Assembly: GCA_030141605.1 (NCBI GenBank) | Contig: JAQGDQ010000149.1 | Coordinates: 62,001-126,000 of the forward strand | Reading direction: 5' to 3' | From: Tubiluchus corallicola | Lineage: Eukaryota > Animalia > Priapulida | Length of the DNA stretch: 64,000 bases | Part shown: positions 24,901-36,900 of the stretch, piece after piece | Layout of the letters: each line of letters opens with the position of its first letter | Numbering within the stretch: the first letter of the stretch is position 1 | Position numbers and translations under genes: made by a program | Notes under the pieces: generated by a model | Database searches by the model: none | What the model saw: only the letters and a program-made list of their open reading frames with translations | What the model was told of the DNA's origin: nothing

Positions 24901-27900
24901 ATTCTGCATTTAGAGGTATATAATAGTTATGCCTCTACTAATGATTGAAAAAGCATGTTTAGTTCTACAATGTAGTGCATTTTCTTCACTTTAAACAATT
25001 TAACCTGCAAAGCATAGCATGGATGGCTAAACATACTTGGCTGATCATTTACATTTTTGTGTATGTAACAAGAACACAAGAGCTAACAAAGCAAATGAAT
25101 TAGAACTTGTAGTGCCTTTTAATAAAAGAAAGTCTTTGCTTATTTACACCTTTTAAAGGGAAACTAAGAACGCAGGTTTTTAAGCAGTATTTTAATGTAT
25201 AAAGTGGTGAACATTTTGTAGTTTTTTATGATTTATATTTTTAATTGTACAGTGCATTTGAAATAAATTAACGAAAAAGTGCTTTATATATAAATGTACA
25301 TTTTATTATTATGTTATGTGACTGTCATCAAATGCAACAGTTTTTAGTGCAACTGATATATTTTATATTGTTTTTATAATTCAACAACTAGTTGTCCAGA
25401 TAACAGTTTTTATAATTGCTCAGTTTTGCAATGTTCAAATATCATTCCTAATTTTATGGTAAGCTTTTTGAAAAATTTAGAAGGACTGCAACCTTTGGGC
25501 ACCATAAAAGTATTATTTTTTGAGCTTGTTTACCAGCTTAGATCTTTGCATAAATTTGGTGATATAAACTTCTAACATACTATTTAATTTGTTATTATTA
25601 GATTTGGACAGCTCGGCAAAGTGTTAACTACAGATAGTTGTCAATTGCCACGGAGACGTAGAGCACCACTTGAACATCCTACTACTGAAAAACCTTCCAC
25701 CAGCATAATTAACAAACCTGTAAGCTGTCCAACTCCCCGCAAACGAGGACGTCCACGAAAAATCAGCTTAAGTAGTGTGGGAAGTGTTGACAAAAAAGAT
25801 TTAGTACAGATTGAGCCATCATTACCAGCAGTGGTTGAAAAATTGCCTGTGAAGAAACGAGGCAGATATAAGAATTTTACATTTGACAATAACGTAGTTG
25901 GAGCTACTGAAGCAGCCACTGCTTTTAATACAAGAACTGCAGGAAACTCACTATTATCTGATTCTGTGCATCATCCAGAGCACAAAAGTTCAGTGGATGA
26001 GGTTGTTTCTAATAAAAGTGAACAAAAACCTTTGCAGTCTAATTCAAAAAACCTATTGCCTGAGAAACAATCGAGCACTGAGCCTACGAGAATACAAACA
26101 AGAAATTTAGGAGTGCAAAAAGTAAGTTATTACGAACCTGGTTGTCGCTTTTCAATTGGAAGAACTAAACGAAGCCGAGGAAAAAGGAAAAACAGTTCTG
26201 TTCAAAATTGTTTGTCACAAAATTCTGCTAGTCTTCAAGAGTCTAAAAGTAAAAAACGAAAGCCAGAGCCTGTTGTTGAAGACTCCTACCAGCCACACAT
26301 TTCTAAGGTTGAAGAAAGCAGACAATCAGACACTGAAGAAAGCAAAAGCAAGCAAAGTGAGAGCAAAAGATCAGCTAGTAAACGTCATCCTAGTAAAGGT
26401 TATCCTTGTAGGTCACACACAAGTAAAGCCTCAACGTCGTCTGCTGAAGCTACTAGTGCTGCAAGTTGCTCACATAGTGCTTTAAGCACTAGTAAGCAAA
26501 CATTTAGTGTTCCAATTAAAAAACGTGCAGTAAATTTATTGGACGAAGTTAAATCAGATACTCAGAGAACTAAGAAGGCCAAAATTAAAAAAGAAGCAAG
26601 TCTCGCTGAACCTCGAAATTTGAGGAGCAGTACTCGGGCAACTAAGATCACGGGCTCGTGTGCTAGCAGCAGGTAATAAATTAACCAGTGTTTGATATAG
26701 TCGACTTCTTATATATATGTTTCTGCTTAAAAATTTGCATTATGGAATTTGTTTAGTTTAGATTTGTGAGTTATACATATTTTCCAAGTGCTTGTTTTTA
26801 TTCATGTAGGCGGCGGTCCTCCAGTGTACGGAAAGTGACACCAAGTGACGCCACGGGTAATACAGGGGGGACTAGCCGTCACCAGCCGGCACAGCAGCAA
26901 ACTACAATGTCGAGGCAGGAGCCGGCAGTGGAATCTGGTGCACCCGCTGGTTGCAGTGATGCTGGAGCTAGTTCACAAGGAGCAGCAGGTATTGCATCGC
27001 GTGCGACATATTATCGTATATATTAACTTCGCTGGTATATACATATATATATATATATATATATAACCGACGAGGCTACAGTTTTGACGACGGCACCATT
27101 TTCAGCGATCTATATGTCAAATGAAGGTCTCCACTCATAGGTTCGCATTGGGGGTTTATTTTTCGAATTGGGCCCACCGGGAGGAACAGAGGCCAAAAAA
27201 TCCCCTAAAGTGGTCATTTTTTGCCCATTTTTTGCAAAACTTATACCTCTTATTTCTAGAGAATGGGAACGTTTCGGGGGAGGTGCCAGTAATGGTTACA
27301 TAGCCCATTGGATAACGGTGGGCGTAATAGTCAGATTAAGCTGGAGGGCCACGAATACCCCGCTACTGGCATTTTCCTAGAATTTTGTAGAAAACTGATC
27401 AAACAGCCTCCAGAAAAATTCAGCTTATGCAACTGTTCGGACATGTTAGGAAAAAATAAGTACAGTCGCAGAAAGAGGACAAAATGATCTACAAGTTTTT
27501 TGGGAGAGAGATCCATTAGACGGAACGGGAAAATTGTATTTCAACATTATTTTTCATCAACCCCTCTAAGCTATTTGGAACAAACATTGCCTTCGACTTT
27601 GAGAAATTTTGCGGCTGTTCCAGGTATTGTTGTCACCTGCCATTCTACAGTGTTATAGATTTTACATGTAAGTAAGTTGCGTTAGCCTATTATCATCTGG
27701 GAAGCAGCAAACAGAATTATGTAGAATATCCGTGCATTATTGATCATTGATAGGAAGACTAAGAGCATTTATTATAGCACACAGTTTCGACTTTGTGCAA
27801 AATGTTCTGAATGGTTTTGCTGTGATTCTGTATTGTTGGTGCTGGTGTCATCACCATTGGCGTCATCATCATCATCGCCATCAACATCATGATCACCGTG

Positions 27901-30900
27901 TGATGTGGTGGGTGTTGTGTGGTGTGGTGTGCTATGGATGGTGTAGTGGGGTGTGCTCTGGATGGCGTGGTGGGGTGGTAGAGTGTGTGTGAGGTTGGTG
28001 GAGTGGTGTGGGAGATATGGTGGGTGTGGTTTAGTGTGGTCTGAGTGGTGTGGTGTGGATAATCTGGTGGGGTGGTAGTGTGTGGGCAGTGTGATGTGGG
28101 TGGTGTTGGTATAGTGTGGTTTGTTGTGGTGTGGTGTAGTGTGGTGGGTGTGGTGTATTGTGTGTGTGGTGTGCTATGGTGTGGGTGGTGTGGTGCGAGT
28201 GAGGTTGTGGGTGGTTGTGTGGTGTGGTGTATTGCGTGGGTGGTGTGGTGTTGTGTTGTGGTATGATGTGGGCAGTATGGTGTGGTGTGGCAGGTTGGTG
28301 TGGTGTGGTGTGGGGCCTTTGCTAGTTTGTTTTTATTACTGTTGTATGAATCACGTGTAATTCTCTGCTGAAATAAGTTTCTGATAATAATGATGCCGAA
28401 CATATATCAATTTTTTATAGTTTTCGAATCAGAATATTGTCAAGGTCCAAAGCGATAGTAATTTTCATCTAGTAAACTCTGTAAATTATTGATAAGGAAA
28501 CATTTTAATGGTATAGAATCATTACAAATGATCAATTTTCAAAAATTCTTGCTGACAGTTGCTGTATTAATTGTTGGTTAACCGAATGTTTTTAGCTACT
28601 GAACATCAGCAAGCTGTTTCAAACTTTCAATCCAGACTAAATTATTTGGATCAGATCAGTTGTTGAGTTTAGAGATATGTTCAAACTTCGGCACTGATTA
28701 TTCATTTGTAAGCTGCTGCTTTTCTTTTTTTTACTGTTTAAACATTTTGATAATCTCCTTGGTTAGACGTCACTGTGTTTGTACGTCAAATATTTTTGAC
28801 ATGTTATAGCTGCCAGCAGTATGGCACGTGGAGCAGCAGGAACTACAACATCTGCAGAAAGCGAATCAGAAGATTCAGAGATGGGGCGGTTACAAGGTGA
28901 GCTTTTCATTCATTAAAGGAACTGACACTTTTCTAATATTCATGTATTTATTACGTATTTCTACATTATTTAGCAGAAATTGTGTATACGATATTGAACA
29001 AAACCTGCCATCTAAGTAGTGATGGGACTGGCCCTTAATTTGCCGAATCGAGGCTCACCCAAAATTTTCATTTTTTGAATTGAGTCAAACAGGATTAAAC
29101 GTAGAAATAAAAAATTGCAGACCGAGCCGAACTGAGTCGACCTAGATGCAGCACCGAATCGGGTTGAACCGCAAATTGTTTTGCCTTGAGTCATACTGGA
29201 AAAAATATACGTTATTTGGGAGGGGATTTTATCTCTTTTGGCTTTAGTCCTCTAACTAAAAATTATTGCCAGCATAAAATGAACTATTTGCAAAGAGAAA
29301 AATTTAAAATGCAGAATGTTGACTGTGATATGGCTGTACTGTACACCAGCATTTTGCACTGCAGTTGTTGTCACATTTACAGTAGGTTGTCGTTTCCTCA
29401 ATAGATTCCAGGAACTTTAACATGATTATTAATTTCAAAGCTTTTTGCTGCAGAAAGTAAGATTGAGTAAGATTTTCTTTAGTGAGTTTAGCTTTTTGTA
29501 GCCGCAGAAGCACTACATTAGTTAGTGAACCGGGTCTGCGGAACCATGTTAAAGCTGCAGGCTAAACTGAGCCGAACAAAGACGCTAAAACATTGTTACT
29601 GGGTCAAATCAAACCGAACAGTTTGGTAGTTCGATTCGAACAGAAAAGTTCAGCAGTTTGATTTGGTACGAACCGGCAATTCAAATGGTTCTTTTCGTCA
29701 CTAGGTCTAGGTCAGCCCTAATTCAGTCATAATAGCTCACTGGGACGAAGCTTCACTACTCTGAAGGTTCGAAGCTACGACTCGGATCCGATTCGGGTTC
29801 GTTATAAAAGTGCGAAGCAGTCTTCATAATTCGTGTTTACTCAGTTTCAGGAGCAAATCCGCTGCCAATTAGTAGTGTAAAATTTATGTAATTTCCCTTC
29901 TTACTTATTCGACCACTAAGAAAAATTCAATTTTGCTATGTGCACTTCACAACATTGACCTCTTTAATGTGATCGCAAGTTTCTACAAAAGTTATGCACA
30001 GCATTTATTATTCGTCAATTCAACACCTGACCAGTGGCGGCTCGTAGCTAAAATTAGTGGAGATGCTTAACCATTGTTTTAATAGTGTGTAAAAAGTAGC
30101 AAACATATGTAATTTTAATGTTGTAGTTGTATTTGAAGATCTGGTGTTGAACAGCCTCTTTTCTTTACTGCGACTTTCTCATGAAGAGCCAACTGTGAAA
30201 AATTAAGCTATTGTAGTTCACTTACAGTCACAGAATTTATTTCTTTGGGATGCAAGGCATCCATTATTAAATAATTTGTTCTAAGCACACACGCTAAGTT
30301 TACATTTTATCACTTCCAAGAATAGGACGGTACGTGGTAAGCACGTGGCAGTTGTTACTGTGATAGACACAGTACTTTTCTATCTAGCAGCAGACGATAG
30401 TGTACAGCGTGTTATCTTAGACATGTGCGCATAGCCGCATGCACACATCAGCCAAACACCACTTTGCTTGGGCTGTGAAGCAAATTGTTCTTCCCTCACA
30501 TGCTCCGGTTCCGCACAAGTATAAAAACAGAACTAAAGAAAAAGACTAATTATATTGAATATTATCGATAATGAGTGAAAAAGGGGTGCTACAGTACCAC
30601 AGTACCTAAACACGAGCCGCCACTGCACCCGACTGATGCTGTTTTCAACAGTGACACAACTTATGCAAGATTTCAGTTATTGCACTTCTAAACACAGACT
30701 GTAAGTTAGCACTGATTATAATACGTTTGCTCTCAGAAGTGATACTGATAAGCCACTGCCACAGCAGTGTCTAGTTTTTTTTGCTGGATTACTGCTGTGT
30801 TTACCTGTCTTGAGGACAGATTTATTTTAGAATTCTGTCTGCCCAATGTCTAGTATACGTACTTGGGCTATGGTGATGATGTGTTTAATTTCCTTTTTTC

Positions 30901-33900
30901 TTGATAAAGTTTAATTGGGTTTAAAATAAGAACAAGCTGTCATAAAATATGTCAAAATTTCTTTGAATTCTCTGTACGTAGTACCATTCTCGTTTTGCAT
31001 AGTAATTGCAGTATTTTCTAGATTCTAAAATCAAAACAAGCTGAACATCAACTAAGGCAAAAACTTCACTGAATTAACAAACTTTACTATGTTTAGCACA
31101 CTACCCTGATCCTAAGATGACATTGAGCTACAAGATTCGTATTTAATCTAGTATAGAAAATTAAGCTTCGAATATTCTGTTTCGGGTTGGATTCAGAAAT
31201 TGTAAGTGTGAGAGTCAGATTCGATTCAGATCTTCGAAATGAAATTAAAATTAGCTTCGAATTCGATACTCTTTCAGAAATTTGAGCTTCGTCCCACACC
31301 TATAGCTCACCACCAATCCAGCATTTCAAGATATTAATGACTAACTGATTATATTAATTTTTTTGCACTTAGTTTAGAATAATCTAAAATGAGAACTGTT
31401 GGCAGTTCATTAATTATTTACGACCATAACTGTAATGTTATTATTAACGACTGTCATTAAATCTTCGAAATGATACTTGGGATAAAAGAAAGAAATGTTT
31501 AAAAATTTTGGACAGAGCCAACATACTTAAAACAAGTGTTATAGTAACTGAAATTATTTCACTAGTTTAATCTTCTGAATGTATAACTGTTGTTCTAAAG
31601 TCATCTGGTATCGGTATCTTTTGTAGCATTGTTAGAAGCAAGAGGTTTACCACCCCACCTGTTTGGTGCGTTGGGACCACGGATGCATCAGTTACTTCAT
31701 CGGTCTATGGGTAGCAATGCAAGTACGTATATGTGTATTTTTGACAGTAAACATTTATTGTTTACATTTAAAGCTAGAAAAATTTCAGAACTTGGTACAG
31801 CAGCTATAAAATGCTATTAAATGCTGCTCTTTCTTTATTTAAAATTGTTTACATGTTGGAGCTTTTTTACACAAAGTTTCTTGAGTGTTGGCTGATGATC
31901 AGGCTTTACTTGTTGTTCAGTATCAACCCCAAAGTTGATTATAATTATAATGGGCATTGCAAGTTACTAAAAATATTATCACTTTTACCACTTTATAGAC
32001 CATCATTTGACGGCGTTTTCCAGTAATCGAACATACTTGGTGTTGTGAGAATATAAGTCAAAAATTCATTTGCATTTCTGCTTTTAATTCCGGAAATGTT
32101 TGATAACTAATTGCTTCACATCTTTGCCGAAGTTCTTTTTTCTTTGATTCCTCTTTCCTTTGCATCACATGCTAATTCAGAGCTTGTTTTCAGACTAGCT
32201 GTTTTGTGCTATTTAAAAATGAAGCTAGGTTAGTGAAACATGATCATGTGGACAGAATTCAATGTTTTGAATATCATTCTTTTGAGGGACCGTATGGACT
32301 AGATATTACACTCGACTAACAGAAGACTTAATGCTTGCAGCATATGGTATACGCCTTCAACAGGGCAGTACGCACAGTAGTCTCAGTTATTATCATTATT
32401 ATGTTATTTATTTCAACCACACTTCTAATACATTTCATGTGACAAAATGTGGATCAATCAAGCACATCTGTAAAAGAAACTGTATTATAAGTAATACCAA
32501 CTATGTAGATACCAAGTTTGCAAAACCATTTAATTTTGAAGCATACAGATACAAGTCTGTCCATTGAATTGAGCCGAGCAATGTTTTGAATAATTAGCTC
32601 TACAGTTCTGAATTATGCGTGAATAATGCAATGCACTGATATTATAGATTCCAAAGCTCAGCAGTTGTTGCAAGGTTTGCAGACAAGCGGTGATGAAGGT
32701 CAGCAACTACAAGCCGTAATAGAGATGTGCCAGCTTTTGGTGATGGGTAATGAAGATACCCTAAGTGGATTCCCGGTGAAACAAGTAGTTCCAGCTCTTA
32801 TCACTTTGCTCGGTATGGAACACAATTTTGATATGGTAAGTTAGTTTAAATCTCAAAGTCAGTAAAGTTTTACTTACTGCTTAGAAAATTGTTTATGTTG
32901 TGTGCTTGGTGGTGTAAATTTTTAAAATTTTAATTCCCACGCTCACTATTAGATTGTGCCATCTTACAAAAAATTAGTACACTGCCTCGTTGTTTAGTTG
33001 AGAGAAATTACATTATGCCTTAACTAAAGTGAATAGAAAAGAATGAATCATTTTTGTGACTTCCTTAATGCCTACATGGATTGCTAGGCACCATTGTCAG
33101 CTTGAGATCAAGATAACTAGGGTCAAGGGACTGAAATTTTTGTACAAGTATGGGTCTTTCAAACTAATTAAATGAGGGTGCTGACTTTCCATCCTTGCAT
33201 TGCAGATTTGTTCAGACTTAAAATTAATTTAATTTTCTGCTTTAGTGACATTCATACAGGTTTCCCTAAATGCATATGCTCGTTTAATAATCTTTGTTCA
33301 TTTGTTGTTATGGTATTGAAAGTACAGGCTGACTGCTTAGAATAGATATTGGCAGTTTCGAAAACTTTTTGTGTTTAGATGAACCATGCTTGTCGAGCTC
33401 TCACTTATATGATGGAGGCACTGCCCCGCTCATCTGCTGTTGTAGTGGATGCTGTGCCATGTTTCCTTGAAAAGGCAAGTATAAATATTATTTAGTCCTT
33501 AAACGAAGGTGTAGATTTAAGTGGCATTAGGATTGGTGGCTTGCAAAATTAGATAGATGTAGATATCATTAAGTATACATATACTCCATACATACATGCA
33601 GGTATATATACAACCTATTGTAGTACTTTTTCTTCCAGATCTGCTCAAAATTTTTCAAGTTTGGCAAAGACAAATAGGCAGTTCAAAAACTAAATGTAGC
33701 ATGAAACATTTCTGATTAATTATGAAAAAATTTGCAGTAAAAGTGAAAAAAAGCTCAAAAGTTTGATTTCTATTTTCAAACTTACCACATCATCTACTTT
33801 ACAATAGCTAATCTGCGATCACTTTACTAAAGTTTTTTTGTTTTTGTTTTGTAGCTGCAAGTAATACAGTGTATGGATGTTGCAGAACAGTCTCTTACCG

Positions 33901-36900
33901 CACTGGAAATGTTGTCACGGAGACACAGCAAGTCCATACTACAAGCAGTGAGAATAACTAAGTGCTCATAGGCTAATTAACTAGCCCAAATTTGTTTCCT
34001 TTTACTGCTAAGATGACAGAAGTTGAAATTTCTAGAAATTGAAGTGCATCTTGTGTGGGCAACAAAATGTGATTTTTAACTGCCATTTTTCTACCTGAGC
34101 TTCTCGCAAAAATAAAGTTTAAACCAAAGTGCCTGAAAAAACCAGCTCCTATAAATCAGCATGCTTTCGTATTTACGATTTTCGCAATGGTCCTTTTGGT
34201 TTTCACAAACATTATCAAGCTGAAAATAAGGCTGACTGTAAATAGAAAAGTATGTTTAAACTAAAGTGTTTTACGATACTTTAATAGCCATTTAAATGCT
34301 ATAGTGCACAAAAAACTGCACATTTCTACATTACTATGTGTTGTATTAATTCAAGATTTATTATTTTGATGCCTAGGGAGGTGTTTCAGCTTGTCTGACA
34401 TACATAGATTTCTTTTCAATTACTGCTCAAAGATGTGCATTAGCAATCACAGCAAACTGTTGCCAGAGCATAACTGCTGATGAGTTCCACTACATAGAGG
34501 ATTCACTTGTGCTACTTAGTGGACGTCTTACACATCAGGTTGCGATAGCTTTACAATTTTGTGAAATTGAGCTAATTAAGATTTTCTTATAGTAATTTTT
34601 TTTTTGGCATAACTAATTTCAATTTTAATAAATAATTTGCATTGTTTCATAAAAAAGCTTCATTAGCTGTACATTGTGTCCAAGAATATGTTATGAATGT
34701 TTCAAGTTTCAATTTCTTTTTTATATAATTAAAAATAACATTCTGTAATGTATTATTTGTGTTTTACAATTTTGAATCTAGCACCTTTATAATAGCATGT
34801 CTGTATATGTAAAGCAGCTTTTTTATTAATGGTCACTGTTAATTGTTAACTTAGTTAACAAAAACTCACAGTTTTACTTGATTTTTTAATCCAACTAAGG
34901 TGCAAGATCTTTGAGTCGCTTTGGCCGCAGCTAGCTGATTTATCTCCATTTTCTAATTACATAGGCATTTTTTTGTTATGCGTTATAAATGTTTGCAAAT
35001 GGTGATAAGATAGAATTTAATTATTTTCAGGACAAGAAGTCTGTTGAAAGCTGTTGCATTTGTTTTTCTCGATTGATTGAAAATTTTCAACATGGTGATT
35101 CCAGTATGCTGCTGCGTATTGTGGATGGCACTTGTGGTACTAATGGAAGTGATAGTAAAGACTCTGACATTTTGAAGAACATTCAGCAATTGGTATGTAG
35201 CTGGTTTGTTATATCAAACTTGGTAGCTTTCATGCACTTTTTATGACAAGTTCTATTTATGTTATTTCATAGTCCAGAATAATAGCAGTAGCAAAATTAG
35301 TAGTAGGCTAGTAGTCTATTAGGCATGGATAAATGTGCGAGTGTTCAGAATTGTGTTTGTTAAGTAGAAAATAATTTGAAGAGTGTTTACCATGTACAAA
35401 CTTATTTGGAAATTATTTCTGAGATTTGAAAATGATGCTTGTCAAAATTAAAAGAAAAACAAAATTAGTATCTCATATAATATTGCGGAAAAATAAGCTG
35501 GTGAAATTTGGAATGTTCACTTTTCATTAGTTTTTCATTTATTTTACCTTCATTCACTTTTGAAATGGGCTTTATTATAAGTAAAAATACTTGATTATTA
35601 AAATACTTTACTTGAAGTACAATATTGCAACATTTACCAGAACAAATGTCAAGTGTTACAATCAACTGCTTGAAAGTTTTTGCCTATAGTCAAGTGATCC
35701 TTCTAGGCTGTAAAATGATCAGAAAAGGGATGATGATGATGATGAGTTAGTTGTGAAATGCAACAAAATTATATGAAGCTGGGCAACCAACTTACTCTGG
35801 TTAACCAACTTGCTGCAACTTATTTGGGAATAGACAAATTTTGGTGGGGTGCTTGGGAGCCTGGGGTATGAGTCCTTCAAGATCAAAGGCAGTTTTTTGA
35901 AGCTTTACTTGTTAAGGCTTCATATCTAGTTGTTGTTGAAACTGGCAAGACAATGACTGACATGCACTAGTGCATTGTTCTAAATTATGTTACTTTAAGC
36001 AAGTTGTTGGGGCTGATGGGAACTAAAATAAAGTACTTAAAGATGAACTAACAGACCTATGTCAACTGTCAATCCTAGGCCATAGCCATATGTGGATGCA
36101 CCCAAACCAGTATTAACAAAAACAGCAGTAAGGCTTTGATTTGGTGCAGTAAACCTGAAATAAATTTATTTTATATAGTGCAGAAAGCGACAAAACACGT
36201 AGAAAATAGTAACTGCAAAAATTTATTCGAAAAAATAATAATAATTAACAAACAGCAGTGTTTAACACGTATGCAAATGAGTTGAGAAAAAACGCTGTAG
36301 GTAGATTTAGTATACTATGCATTTAAAATCAAAATTAAATTGAAAATATACTATTGTTGCTTTACAAAATATTAGCAATAGATCGCATATGAAATTAATA
36401 TCGTCGTTACATGATAATTAGTACTAAAAGTAGATTGATTTATTGCTTCTTACGATTTTAGTGACCCTATTTAAACATCACATCAGTCAGTAAGAATTAA
36501 GCGAAAATATAATTCGTTTATATAAACCAGAATTGCGTGTACACTGTGATAGAGTATATACGAAAATGAGAACGACAGGTATACAAAATACAGGTGTGCA
36601 GTGATTCATTTCAAGTGGTAATGTATAGTAGGAATATACAGCCGCATTCACACCATATGTGATTTGTGGAAGAGTTGGAAATTTTGCATGTATTAACCCA
36701 AAGTCTGTTATACAGTCATTATACTGGAAAGTTGTGGAATGCTGTGTGCAACTGCATGCAGATGTCTGGCAGCCAGCTGCCATCAGTTGACATTTCCTGG
36801 ATTCTAGGGTTTTGCAGAGTCCTTGGCTATGGGCTTATATTAGTTTGCCAGTTTCTAGAATTGGAGAATTCGGAAAGAGATTTTTGACTCTCGAACTTAT

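Noticed and set aside
26122-26127. Perfect GTAAGT donor inside the large TRIP12 exon
   Set aside because: It is phase 0 while the next exon needs phase 2, and the frame stays open to the conserved TGSCASS end. No evidence of use.
27747-28403. His/Thr/Pro-rich 214-aa ORF and Val/Trp/Cys-rich ORFs on the opposite strand
   Set aside because: These are translations of the G/T satellite, which lacks stop codons by composition; there is no splice or homology support.
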